DNA from: Patescibacteria group bacterium
GTDB taxonomy: Bacteria; Patescibacteriota; Minisyncoccia; Phycocordibacterales; JAKAEA01
Assembly: GCA_040387855.1 (NCBI GenBank)
Contig: JAZKCY010000001.1
Location: 910,922-974,921 of the forward strand
Direction: 5' to 3'
Length of the DNA: 64,000 bases
Shown here one piece after another: positions 1-8,618 of the stretch. Under the pieces are notes generated by a model. The model was given only the letters and a program-made list of their open reading frames with translations, searched no databases and was not told the DNA's origin. Position numbers and translations under genes: made by a program. The first letter of the stretch is position 1. Every line of letters begins with the position of its first letter.

Positions 1-126
1 TTCCAGAACCTACTTCGCGCACTTTCTTTGCATGTTCTTCTACCGACGAGGCACTTCGAGAATACAAAGCCTGCATCATTGCCATATCTTCGGGACTAAA
101 CTCGTCGTAGATGAATGTTTTCATGG
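1..126 (-). CDS. Partial CDS (N-terminal 42 aa), possibly a ThyX-like flavin-dependent thymidylate synthase. It continues past the window edge.
   Basis: On the minus strand an ATG at 126 opens MKTFIYDEFSPEDMAMMQALYSRSASSVEEHAKKVREVGSG. The A-x-Y-SRS-x-S...EEH stretch loosely resembles the ThyX N-terminus. It lies 8 nt downstream of the dcd-like gene on the same strand. Confidence 0.3.
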
Positions 127-133
127 GTATTTA

Positions 134-1246
134 TTATTTTTGCTTAAAGTGTTTTGCCAATTTTGGACCTGTCTGTTTAATATAATTTGAATTGTATGCG
201 TCGTATGGTAGGTCTGGATTTTCAGTGATTTTTTCAAACTTTATCTTACCAATTGGTTGACCCTGACGCACAATTAAATCCTCAAAGGGTCGTACCTCAA
301 GCGTAAGCGGACGGCCCTTACCTTCACCTTCCATTCCCCACCCCCATCCTGGGTCAATAAAACCTGCGTAGTGTGAACGGAATTCTCCAGAGCGTTCATC
401 CATAGGCACCATTTCACATGCGAGTTCTGGAGGCACACGAATAGCTTCGTGAGTTGAAAGAATATAGAAAGCATTCTTTTTTAAGTACACATAATTACCT
501 TTCTTTTTTATAGGCTTGAAGAATTTCTTGTAATCATAAAAGTTTATCTTTTCGAGATCTACGACATTGTCTGAAACCACACCTTCATAGCCAAGAATTT
601 CTCCAGCAAGATCCAGAGTAAGAATAACAGAACTATCCTGATCACGTACTTTTAGATCCGAATATTCATACGGAGTATTATCTCGTTGTCGCCATAAAAG
701 CTTGTACTTTTTCATTGCAATCTCAAGCTCGGCATCATTCAAGCGTTTGTCTTCATTGAAAAATCGCAGTTGGTTTAAACTCACACCTTCATATAATTTA
801 ATAGGAAATGTTTTTGGCACAATCGAAATCCAGAGTTCACCTTTCCATCCAGGATTTACTGAATCGTATCGTGAGACGCCGTCAGCAATCAGACGAACAT
901 GGGCATCAATTCGTCCCGAAGTAGATTTTGGGTTGCAGAAACCGTAGACAGATTCAGGGAGCTCCATCGTTTCATTAAGACGGATCATATACATGCAATC
1001 TCGCTCTAGAGGTTTGGTGAGAGAATGTTTTTTCTTCTTGATGATATCCAAAACTTGTCGAACGGTTTCATTTTTCTTTGGTTGAAAAATCCCCTCGACG
1101 CTATAAATTTCATCTGAAATAGAAAGATCCAATGACGATGGTCGGACATTGGCTTCCTTAGCTCCTTTAATAAATCCGGCACTTATTAGTTCTAAAATAG
1201 ACTGACTAGGTAATGCTCCCTTTTTCTCTGAATTTCTGCTGTTCAT
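134..1246 (-). CDS. dCTP deaminase superfamily protein, long form of about 370 aa (DCD/PF06559-like).
   Basis: The N-terminus (LPSQSILELI...SSLDLSISDEIY) fits the dCTP deaminase N-terminal pattern. The C-terminal GFIDPGWGWGMEGEGKGRPLTLEV matches the dUTPase/dCTP-deaminase motif G-x-ID-x-G-[WY]-x-G...L-x-L-E. Confidence 0.55.
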   Translation of the reverse strand: MNSRNSEKKGALPSQSILELISAGFIKGAKEANVRPSSLDLSISDEIYSVEGIFQPKKNETVRQVLDIIKKKKHSLTKPLERDCMYMIRLNETMELPESVYGFCNPKSTSGRIDAHVRLIADGVSRYDSVNPGWKGELWISIVPKTFPIKLYEGVSLNQLRFFNEDKRLNDAELEIAMKKYKLLWRQRDNTPYEYSDLKVRDQDSSVILTLDLAGEILGYEGVVSDNVVDLEKINFYDYKKFFKPIKKKGNYVYLKKNAFYILSTHEAIRVPPELACEMVPMDERSGEFRSHYAGFIDPGWGWGMEGEGKGRPLTLEVRPFEDLIVRQGQPIGKIKFEKITENPDLPYDAYNSNYIKQTGPKLAKHFKQK

Positions 1247-1311
1247 GTAGCTTAATGATACGTCCTCTTAATGAAAATGCAAAGCTAGGCAAGTGATCAA
1301 TTTATATGCAT

Positions 1312-1334
1312 AAAAAAACCCGACGCATGCTGGG
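1312..1334 (-). terminator. Putative intrinsic terminator for the NDT-like gene.
   Basis: On the minus strand, an imperfect hairpin CCCAGCATGCGTCGGG is followed by TTTTTTT, right after the stop codon. Confidence 0.35.
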
Positions 1335-1337
1335 CAA

Positions 1338-1766
1338 TTACGTCAGGATATGGCGAGCCTTAAGATCTCTCACTGTCTCGTCGAGTAGCCTCGGGACATC
1401 CGTAAGGAGATCGGTGTAGCGCTTGAACCACACATTCTCCTCGTCGGGATCCTGGATGGCCCGAGTGACGAGTAGTTCGTCCTGCGCGACGATGAGCACT
1501 GGCGTCTTGTGTCGGCCGATGGCCAAGCCAATCTCGATGCCAAGGCCGGTTGAAGCGAAGTCGCCCACAGCAAGCAGGATTTTGCAGTTGGCAACGCACA
1601 CCTTCATGTCCTGAACCCAAACGTCGTGGCATGTGCCCTTCGTCATGTCGAGGAATTCGAGCACCTCGTAGCCGCGTTCCCGCAACAACGACTTAAGAGC
1701 AGTGATGCTGTCCCGGTAGGCCTGGGATGCAAACGTGAGTGCACAACCAACATAAACAGTCGTCAT
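1338..1766 (-). CDS. Nucleoside 2-deoxyribosyltransferase-like protein (NDT/DNPH1-Rcl fold), encoded on a GC-rich island.
   Basis: MTTVYVGCALTF...LLAVGDFASTGLGIEIGLAIGRHKTPVLIV resembles the NDT motif (DSGTAFELGYAYALGKPVI). A GAGGA ribosome-binding site sits 9 nt before the ATG at 1766. The upstream in-frame GTG at 1802 is less likely. GC is about 55-60%, against roughly 35% in the flanks. Confidence 0.5.
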   Translation of the reverse strand: MTTVYVGCALTFASQAYRDSITALKSLLRERGYEVLEFLDMTKGTCHDVWVQDMKVCVANCKILLAVGDFASTGLGIEIGLAIGRHKTPVLIVAQDELLVTRAIQDPDEENVWFKRYTDLLTDVPRLLDETVRDLKARHILT

Positions 1767-1880
1767 AAAACAATCCTCAAAAAGGTTACCCCCTGCCGCC
1801 ACTGTATCAGAAAAAAATTTCTCTGCAATGAAAATTATTATGCACAGGGCAAATAATGCATGAGTTGATATACTATTAAT

Positions 1881-3233
1881 ATGAAAAAGTTTCTACCCTA
1901 CGCAACACTTATTATATTTTTAGTAATTATTTCATCATTAGGTCAGTGGGCATTTGGTTACGCACCGTCACTCATTCACGATATCGATCTTCAACTGTTG
2001 GTATTAGGAGGAGTTCTTTTTATTGGATACTACATAAACCGGATTGCGCCACATACTGCAATTCCTTCTTTTGTATGGGCAATCTTTGCTGGTATGGCAA
2101 TGCAACCAATGCTCGCTACCTATACAAGCGAACTTAATAGCGTAAAAATCTTAATGGAAGTTTTTGCTGCTATTATCCTCTTTTCTGGAGGACTTGATAT
2201 TCCGTTTAAGAACTTTAAAAAATGGTTCTTCCCTATTGCATCTCTCTCATTAGTTGGAGTGATCTTATCATCTGTCTTTTTTGCAGTTGCATTAAGCTAC
2301 ATTGCGAGCTGGTTTGGACTTCTCACACCTGAATTACTACCATCTATAGTTATATTAAGTGCAGCGCTTGCATCTACCGATCCTACAGCAATTATTCCAA
2401 CCCTTGCTACGCTCCGATTTAAGCGAAGCTATATCAAACAAATTGCAATTTCAGAAAGTGCTCTTACTGACGTGAGTGGAAGTATTCTCACACGATTCCT
2501 ACTTTTAGCCATGCTTGGTGCAGCTGCAAGCACACATACTGGTTTGTTTAGCTATTTCACCCCACTCATTAATAAGACTACCTATGATGCTCTTGCACTT
2601 CAGATCCTCACCGGGATAATTGTTGGTTATATTGGCTTTATGCTCATCAAGCGCTTCTATTCAGAAAATGGGACTCATTCAACTGGCCACAAAGAAGCCG
2701 ATCCAGCACTTCTAGTCTCAGTGCCAATATTTACTTTTGTACTTGGAAACGTATTGGGAGGTGCAGGATTCCTTGCTGCATTTATGGCTGGACTCTTTTC
2801 TGATATTGGCCTTGGATTGCGTCAGGCATCAAGATTTACAGAAAGTCTTTTGAATCACCTCATCAAACCATTTATTTTCATAATGCTTGGTGCATTAGTG
2901 CCAGTAGCAACATTGCTTGATCTAGCACCAATTGGAATCCTTTCAGCATTCGTATTTATGTTTGTCATTCGTCCGCTCGTTGTATTTATTTCCCTATTAC
3001 CTTGGATCAAACAGTTTACGTTCTCAGATTTACTTTTCCTAAGTTTTATTCGAGAGACTGGAATTATCGCAGCTATTCTTCTCATCATTGCCGCAACATT
3101 CAGTATCATCACTTCACAGTTTGTTATCGCGATTGGTATGTGGGTAATTCTCCTTACACTTGTTATTGAGCCTCCACTCACGCCTTATATTGCTCGGAAA
3201 ATTGGAGTACTATCTGATAGACCTTCTAAATAA
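1881..3233 (+). CDS. Na+/H+ (cation:proton) antiporter, CPA1/NhaP-like.
   Basis: The 450-aa protein is polytopic, with 10-12 predicted transmembrane helices and an SESALTDVSGSIL stretch like the CPA1 ESxxND region. Confidence 0.55.
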   Translation: MKKFLPYATLIIFLVIISSLGQWAFGYAPSLIHDIDLQLLVLGGVLFIGYYINRIAPHTAIPSFVWAIFAGMAMQPMLATYTSELNSVKILMEVFAAIILFSGGLDIPFKNFKKWFFPIASLSLVGVILSSVFFAVALSYIASWFGLLTPELLPSIVILSAALASTDPTAIIPTLATLRFKRSYIKQIAISESALTDVSGSILTRFLLLAMLGAAASTHTGLFSYFTPLINKTTYDALALQILTGIIVGYIGFMLIKRFYSENGTHSTGHKEADPALLVSVPIFTFVLGNVLGGAGFLAAFMAGLFSDIGLGLRQASRFTESLLNHLIKPFIFIMLGALVPVATLLDLAPIGILSAFVFMFVIRPLVVFISLLPWIKQFTFSDLLFLSFIRETGIIAAILLIIAATFSIITSQFVIAIGMWVILLTLVIEPPLTPYIARKIGVLSDRPSK

Positions 3234-3242
3234 TTCCCTACT

Positions 3243-3279
3243 AAAAAACACCCTGAGATTAATCTCAGGGTGTTTTTTA
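3243..3279. terminator. Bidirectional intrinsic terminator.
   Basis: AAAAAA-CACCCTGAGATTAATCTCAGGGTG-TTTTTT. It sits between the convergent antiporter gene (+) and the small acidic ORF (-). Confidence 0.55.
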
Positions 3280-3283
3280 ATAG

Positions 3284-3487
3284 TTATGACATGCTTTCAT
3301 CATCATCTCCATCCACACTTCCTCCATCATCATTTGATGAATCATCTGCTGGTGTATCAGTACTTTCATCGGCTTCAAAAGAAGCAGGTCGTAATGTTTG
3401 AATTTCAATGCCATCTAAATCTGAAATTGGTCCAGCATCTACGGGCTGAGCATCATCGTTGTGATTCTGATTTTGGTCGTCGTTCAT
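3284..3487 (-). CDS. Small, highly acidic hypothetical protein (67 aa).
   Basis: The ORF is rich in D, E, N and S and is flanked by terminators on both sides. It has no recognisable domain. Confidence 0.3.
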   Translation of the reverse strand: MNDDQNQNHNDDAQPVDAGPISDLDGIEIQTLRPASFEADESTDTPADDSSNDDGGSVDGDDDESMS

Positions 3488-3521
3488 TAGGTTATATCTA
3501 GTTTTTAATAAAATAAGTATA

Positions 3522-3556
3522 CAAAAAATCCCTACGCAATGCGAGGGATTTTTTGG
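3522..3556 (-). terminator. Intrinsic terminator downstream of rplK.
   Basis: AAAAAA-TCCCTACGCAATGCGAGGGA-TTTTTT. It is palindromic with A and T runs on both sides. Confidence 0.55.
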
Positions 3557-3576
3557 TTTATGTAATCTAAAAGAGA

Positions 3577-3999
3577 TTATTTAACATCTACGCCCATTGA
3601 TCGAGCTGAACCTTCGATAATCTTCATTGCGGCATTGATATCAGCAGCATTTAGATCAACGAGTTTCTTTTCAGCAATAGTTTTAATTTGAGCTTTTGTG
3701 ATAGTACCAATTTTTGCTGTGTTTGGCTTACCTGATCCCTTTTCCTTTCCAATCGCTTTTAGGATGAGCTGACTTGCAGGCTCAGTCTTATAAAAAAGCT
3801 TGTAGGTTCGGTCATCGTACACTTCAACAACAGTAGGAACAATTTCCCCAACTCGTGCCTTCGTTTCATCGTTGAATCGCTTTACGAATTCACCAATGTT
3901 GATTCCGGCGCCTCCAAGTACTGGACCAAGAGCCTGACCTGGAACGGCCTTACCTCCAGGAATTTGCATCTTTAGAATTTTTGTAACTTTCTTTGCCAT
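3577..3999 (-). CDS. rplK: 50S ribosomal protein L11.
   Basis: MAKKVTKILKMQIPGGKA...PVLGGAGINIGEF is a canonical L11 sequence. Confidence 0.95.
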   Translation of the reverse strand: MAKKVTKILKMQIPGGKAVPGQALGPVLGGAGINIGEFVKRFNDETKARVGEIVPTVVEVYDDRTYKLFYKTEPASQLILKAIGKEKGSGKPNTAKIGTITKAQIKTIAEKKLVDLNAADINAAMKIIEGSARSMGVDVK

Positions 4000-4055
4000 C
4001 GAATTATTGTTTAGATATATATTAGTGTGAAGCGTAACAGTGCTAAGACTTTAGC

Positions 4056-4601
4056 TTAAATCTTGCGAATTTGCAAGAAATCTAGCTCTACTGGAGTTTC
4101 TCGGCCGAACATGTTTACAAGCACTTCTACCTTACCTCGTTCCTGATCAACCTTGTTTACCTTACCTTCAAGATCCTTAAATGGACCGTCAGCAATCTGA
4201 ACATGATCTTCTACTTCAAGATCAATGTTGTGCTTAGGTGTATCATTTTCCATTCGTCCCATAAGAGCATCAATTTCATGCTTGTTTATAGGTACAGGAT
4301 ATACTCCAGAACCTACGAATCCAGTTACACGAGGAGTGTTTCGAACTACATACCATGAATCGTCAGTAACGATCATATCTACGAGAATATAACCCGGGTA
4401 TACTTTTTCTTCTTCTTCAATTCGCTTGCCTCCTTTTACCTTAATTTTCTTTTCAGTAGGAACAACAACTTGGAAAATTTTGTTCTCCATTCCAAGAGAT
4501 TCGATTCGCTGTCGAAGATTTCGAGCAACAGCATTTTCGTATCCCGCATAGGTGTGGATCACATACCAATTTCGTCCTTCGTCAATTTTTTGTTTTGACA
4601 T
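4056..4601 (-). CDS. nusG: Transcription termination/antitermination factor NusG.
   Basis: The N-terminal NGN domain (WYVIHTYAGYE) and the C-terminal KOW domain (GPFKDLEGKV) are both present, in the standard secE-nusG-rplK order. Confidence 0.9.
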   Translation of the reverse strand: MSKQKIDEGRNWYVIHTYAGYENAVARNLRQRIESLGMENKIFQVVVPTEKKIKVKGGKRIEEEEKVYPGYILVDMIVTDDSWYVVRNTPRVTGFVGSGVYPVPINKHEIDALMGRMENDTPKHNIDLEVEDHVQIADGPFKDLEGKVNKVDQERGKVEVLVNMFGRETPVELDFLQIRKI

Positions 4602-4606
4602 GTATA

Positions 4607-4813
4607 TTAAAAGTTATTGATGAGATATTGAAGCCCCATTGAGAAGATATAATCGAAAAATCCAAGAATGATAGCAAGGCCGAGTGAAAGAAGGATAACT
4701 ACAAGGGTGAAAACTGTAGCCTGGCGTCGTGTAGGCCACGTTACATGCTTTAATTCCCCTCGTGTTTCTCTGATGTAGCTAAATAATGACATAGTGGATT
4801 GATTATATCTCAA
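4607..4813 (-). CDS. secE: Preprotein translocase subunit SecE.
   Basis: It carries the GELKHVTWPTRRQ motif and a single transmembrane helix. The true start may be the internal Met at 4792. Confidence 0.8.
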   Translation of the reverse strand: MRYNQSTMSLFSYIRETRGELKHVTWPTRRQATVFTLVVILLSLGLAIILGFFDYIFSMGLQYLINNF

Positions 4814-4895
4814 ATTCCGGTAATTAAAAACCGCCGGGTGGCGATCTTTAATATAATACTCTATTTGATAGTTTTGTCAAGAACCACTTCTTACC

Positions 4896-5699
4896 TTATC
4901 TTATTTCGTAGGTAATAGTTACAACAGTATTTACTTTATTCTCTCCTGCTGGAAGTGATGGCGCTGCACCTCGTGCATCCATTGCCTGATTCATAACCTT
5001 TGATTCGTATGCTGCTGGCATTGGGTATGGCATTCCTGATCCTGATTCAACGAAGCTTGTGATTCGTACAAGTCTTACTCCAAGATCATTTGCGAGAATT
5101 TCAGCCTTTGCTTTTGCATCTTCGATAGCTGCCTTTCGAGCTTCTCGCATGATAGCTTCATCATCGTTGAATGTCATTTGAAGTCCAGAAACATTCTGTA
5201 CTCCTACTTCTCCAATTCCACCCAAGATAGTTCCCGCTTGTGCTGTGTCTTTTACTTTCACGAGCACTGACTGTAATACTTCATATCCAATAAGTACCTG
5301 CTTTCCTGGCGCACAGTATCCAGATACACATGCTGATGCCTGTCGGTATTCGTATTGTGGATTGATGTTATAAGAAGTAGTTTTAATATCTTTTTCTTCT
5401 ATCTTTGCATCCTTCAAGTATGCGAGAGCTTTATTTGTTTTTTCAGTTGCTTTATCCTGAGCAATTTTTGGGGTTGCCCCTGTTTCAATTACCGTAAACG
5501 TAAAACTTGCTACATCAGGTACTGCAGTCATTTCTCCTTCTCCTGTTACGGTGATTTGAGGCTTTGCATCAGCAGAAAGATCATTTTCTTGCCATCCACG
5601 AACAGTACCTACGGTAAGTACTAAAAGGAAAAGTGAGGCTAGCGCTAAAAACACACCACCACCAATCACCAACGGTCTCTGCCATGAATTATTGTTCAT
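4896..5699 (-). CDS. SIMPL/DUF541 (BP26-like) periplasmic protein.
   Basis: An N-terminal transmembrane anchor is followed by ITVTGEGEMTAVPDVASFTFTV, which is typical of DUF541. Confidence 0.6.
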   Translation of the reverse strand: MNNNSWQRPLVIGGGVFLALASLFLLVLTVGTVRGWQENDLSADAKPQITVTGEGEMTAVPDVASFTFTVIETGATPKIAQDKATEKTNKALAYLKDAKIEEKDIKTTSYNINPQYEYRQASACVSGYCAPGKQVLIGYEVLQSVLVKVKDTAQAGTILGGIGEVGVQNVSGLQMTFNDDEAIMREARKAAIEDAKAKAEILANDLGVRLVRITSFVESGSGMPYPMPAAYESKVMNQAMDARGAAPSLPAGENKVNTVVTITYEIR

Positions 5700-5708
5700 A
5701 AAAATAAA

Positions 5709-6488
5709 TTATTGTTGTTTTACCTCGCTGTTACCTATACTACGCAGCTCAGTGGACTGAGTAACGTAATAATAACCAATAAAAAATATGAGGAGTGTAA
5801 AAATGATGCCAATACGTATATAGTTTTTATTTTGAAATATCGCCTTTTTATGCCCATTTTTATTGCGAAAATAGTGAAATAAACCAATAGAACTTGATAA
5901 GAATGCGACACCTAAAAGCCAGCCAGCAAGAACATCTGTTGGCCAATGAACACCAAGAACAATACGTGAGAGACCAATAAAAATAATGAGTTCAGCTGTA
6001 ACAAGAATCACAAGCACACGCTGCCATGTTGTTTTACATAGGTGGAAAAGCCCGTGACCCACAAACCCATAAAACATTGCAGCAGCAAATGCATGTCCAC
6101 TAGGAAATGCATAGCCACCCTGAGTAATGGCGAGGAAATCTTCAGGTCGTAATCTTCCAAAGGTAATTTTAAATAATCTAATAACACCCTCACCTACCGC
6201 AAGTCCAAACAAAAAGAAAATGATTATTTGAAATTCATGTACGATAAATAAAAGAATCAAAAGGAATATAAAAACAGCAGCGACAACTTCTGGATTTGCT
6301 AAGTAGGTAAAGAAAAGCGCGATTTTAGTGAGCTCGGGTGACGCATGAGAAATAACAGAATTTCGAATTGATTCATCATATGAATGAATAGCTTCTGTCA
6401 CTTCTCCACCACTATTTACGGCAACTGCTATAGCAGCAAAAAGAATGCATGATATGAGGGCACTGTAAAACCATAAACGGATGCGCAT
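5709..6488 (-). CDS. PAP2-family phosphatase (phosphatidic acid phosphatase type 2).
   Basis: The three PAP2 motifs are present: KxxFGRLRP, PSGH and SRIVLGVHWPTDV. Confidence 0.8.
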   Translation of the reverse strand: MRIRLWFYSALISCILFAAIAVAVNSGGEVTEAIHSYDESIRNSVISHASPELTKIALFFTYLANPEVVAAVFIFLLILLFIVHEFQIIIFFLFGLAVGEGVIRLFKITFGRLRPEDFLAITQGGYAFPSGHAFAAAMFYGFVGHGLFHLCKTTWQRVLVILVTAELIIFIGLSRIVLGVHWPTDVLAGWLLGVAFLSSSIGLFHYFRNKNGHKKAIFQNKNYIRIGIIFTLLIFFIGYYYVTQSTELRSIGNSEVKQQ

Positions 6489-6514
6489 ATAAGCGCAATT
6501 ATACTATAAAAAAC

Positions 6515-6784
6515 TTATTGTAGCGCTTCAAAAATAGATGCCATATTAGATTTTAATGGATAGAGCATATCTCCAGGTCCACTGAAAGCTGTATATACAA
6601 TCGCTCCCCCAAATATAACAATACTAAAAACTGTAGCTATTACGAAAAAAGAAGTATTCACTAGTGTTCGCTTTTTATTTAATCTAGAGCTTTTTTCCTG
6701 CACTGGATGCTGCTCCATAAATTCTAAGAGTGATGCACGAATTGCTTGTTTTTCATCTTTTTGTAATGAGTACCGTCTATTCAT
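6515..6784 (-). CDS. Small membrane protein, possibly an anti-sigma factor for the adjacent ECF sigma.
   Basis: It lies immediately downstream of the ECF sigma gene and has a single transmembrane helix. The call rests on position only. Confidence 0.3.
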   Translation of the reverse strand: MNRRYSLQKDEKQAIRASLLEFMEQHPVQEKSSRLNKKRTLVNTSFFVIATVFSIVIFGGAIVYTAFSGPGDMLYPLKSNMASIFEALQ

Positions 6785-6793
6785 AATTAATAT

Positions 6794-7402
6794 TTAAGGT
6801 GTCGCTAAGTTGAGCATTTCTTGAACCTTTTTGATTCCTCGGTTGATTCGTACAGAGACTGCATTTTCAGATTCACCAAGCATACTTGCAATCTCTTTTG
6901 GAGAATAATCTTTTACATATCTCATGAGAATAACTTCTTTATATTTGTCATCAAGCTTATTGATATGTGAAAGCATTGTATCTACTTCTACATTAAAAAT
7001 AGTTTTTTTATGGTCTTGAACTGGAGCATCAAATCCACTAGCTTCCTGAAGTGCCTCAAGAGATACCACTTTTTTCTTGCGGTATTCATCAATGATCATA
7101 TTATTGGCAACTTTAAAGAGAAAGCCCTTAATATTGTTTACTTCTTTACCTGAAGATAGATATTCCCATGTTCGTGCAAAAGTCTCTTGTACGAGGTCTA
7201 GGGCCAATTCTCGATTGGATACCTTAAAAAAGCAATGTCGAAATAGCTGATCGGCCATTTCGTCATACAGCTTTATGAATTCATTTGTTTTTTCAGCACT
7301 AGGTGTCACAATATGTATATTTATTGTCTTGGTAGTAAGTGTACACCCTACCACGTCTTTAAGCAAAGTCAACAGTATCCATCTATGCTGACCATCGAGC
7401 AA
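6794..7402 (-). CDS. RNA polymerase ECF-type sigma-70 factor.
   Basis: Region 2 (LALDLVQETFARTW) and region 4 (YSPKEIASMLGESENAVSVRINRG) are both recognisable. The start codon is uncertain because the ORF overlaps the upstream gene end. Confidence 0.8.
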   Translation of the reverse strand: MLDGQHRWILLTLLKDVVGCTLTTKTINIHIVTPSAEKTNEFIKLYDEMADQLFRHCFFKVSNRELALDLVQETFARTWEYLSSGKEVNNIKGFLFKVANNMIIDEYRKKKVVSLEALQEASGFDAPVQDHKKTIFNVEVDTMLSHINKLDDKYKEVILMRYVKDYSPKEIASMLGESENAVSVRINRGIKKVQEMLNLATP

Positions 7403-8252
7403 AAATTCCTGATGGTAATAGCTTTTGTGATGAAGTTTCTTGAATAGTGAGTTCTCCTATCTCAATTTTACCCTTCCACGCTTTCATCAACTCATCCAAA
7501 TTATTCTTATATGCAATAGCTGAGTATCCTGAAGCATATCCGTTTATGATAAAAAACAACGGTTGATCAGATAAGATTTGTTTACATTCTTCAAGCAAAG
7601 GAAGTAAATCATCTTCAATTTTCCAAACTTCTTTATCTGCCCCATGACCAAATGCCGGAGGGTCCATAATAATAGCATCATACTTGTTCCCTCGTTTTAT
7701 TTCTCGATGCACGAAGACTCGTGCATCATCCAAAATCCATCTGATTGGTTTTTCTGAAAGTCCAGAAATCTCTGCATTTTCGCGTGCCCAGGTAAGGGCT
7801 GTTTTTGATCCATCAACATGCACAACTTCTGCTCCTGCTTGTGCAGCAGCAAGTGTTGCTCCCCCTGTATATCCAAAAAGATTTAACACTTTAATAGGAC
7901 GTCCTGCATTTTTTACTTTGTCTTGAATCCAATTCCAATTTGGAACATGTTCAGGAAATAATCCAGTATGTTTGAATGTAGTAGGTCGAATCCAAAACTT
8001 TAATCCAGCTAATTCTATTTCCCAACGTTCTGGAACATCTGAAGATTTTTCCCATCGTGCATTTTCACTCGTGCGCAAAAAGACTGCTTTGGCTTTTTTC
8101 CATTCAGTTTCTGGAAGTGATCGTTTCCACAAAGCTTGAGGATCGGGTCGTGAGACAATGATATCGCCATAGCGTTCAAGCTTTTCGCCTTCACCACTAT
8201 CAAGCAGTTCATAACCAGCTTCAGGTTTAGTTATTTCAATTTTGAAATCCAT
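7383..8252 (-). CDS. Class I SAM-dependent methyltransferase, RlmI/YccW-like.
   Basis: LNLFGYTGGATLAAAQAGAEVVHVD is the SAM-binding motif I. DAIIMDPPAFG is the catalytic PP motif. Confidence 0.7.
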   Translation of the reverse strand: MDFKIEITKPEAGYELLDSGEGEKLERYGDIIVSRPDPQALWKRSLPETEWKKAKAVFLRTSENARWEKSSDVPERWEIELAGLKFWIRPTTFKHTGLFPEHVPNWNWIQDKVKNAGRPIKVLNLFGYTGGATLAAAQAGAEVVHVDGSKTALTWARENAEISGLSEKPIRWILDDARVFVHREIKRGNKYDAIIMDPPAFGHGADKEVWKIEDDLLPLLEECKQILSDQPLFFIINGYASGYSAIAYKNNLDELMKAWKGKIEIGELTIQETSSQKLLPSGIFARWSA

Positions 8253-8269
8253 ATATGGCCATACTACTA

Positions 8270-8316
8270 TGTTTACATAAAAAACAAAACAACATTCGTG
8301 CTGAAGGAATGTTGTC
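8270..8316 (-). terminator. Intrinsic terminator.
   Basis: A 9-bp stem ACAACATTC...GAATGTTGT is flanked by A/T runs. Confidence 0.5.
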
Positions 8317-8345
8317 TTGTTTAAAGGTTATAACTTTAGTCGCTC

Positions 8346-8549
8346 TTATTGACCTGTCTGTCCTCCTGTGTCGCCTCCTGTTGGGAGATTTACATTAATA
8401 CTTGCTCCTGGATTAGCAGGCGCAGGTGTTCCACGATTCTGAAGATAAGGAAGTCCGAATACTGCTAGTAGAACTACAATCAAGAGTACTACGAGGATTC
8501 CTACAACCACACCTGTTCCAGAACTTTCTCGTTCGATTACAGTTGTCAT
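8346..8549 (-). CDS. Small membrane protein (67 aa from the Met of MTTVIERE).
   Basis: It has a single hydrophobic helix and a Pro/Gly-rich tail. The ORF has high coding potential but no known domain. Confidence 0.4.
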   Translation of the reverse strand: MTTVIERESSGTGVVVGILVVLLIVVLLAVFGLPYLQNRGTPAPANPGASINVNLPTGGDTGGQTGQ

Positions 8550-8618
8550 AATAATAAGGTAATTAAAATTAAAACGACCTTTACTATACAGACGAGCAAA
8601 CCCGCAAAACATTACACA

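Noticed and set aside
274-947. Nested ORFs on both strands (274-474 minus, 702-947 plus) inside the dCTP-deaminase-like gene.
   Set aside because: They are fully embedded in or antisense to a well-supported longer CDS. Their protein composition is low-complexity and implausible.
1360-1856. Multiple overlapping ORFs in all frames across the 1338-1802 GC-rich segment.
   Set aside because: High GC suppresses stop codons, so spurious long frames appear. Only the frame with NDT-like motifs and a ribosome-binding site is credible.
4814-4895. Possible tRNA between secE and the next gene, as often seen near secE-nusG.
   Set aside because: There is no cloverleaf-compatible sequence or T-loop box. 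The region is a plain AT-rich intergenic spacer.
7383-7402. The ECF sigma ORF start overlaps the end of the methyltransferase gene, which might suggest a frameshift or pseudogene.
   Set aside because: The 20-nt overlap is within the normal range for coupled genes. An internal GTG or ATG start downstream is equally plausible. There is no evidence of disruption.
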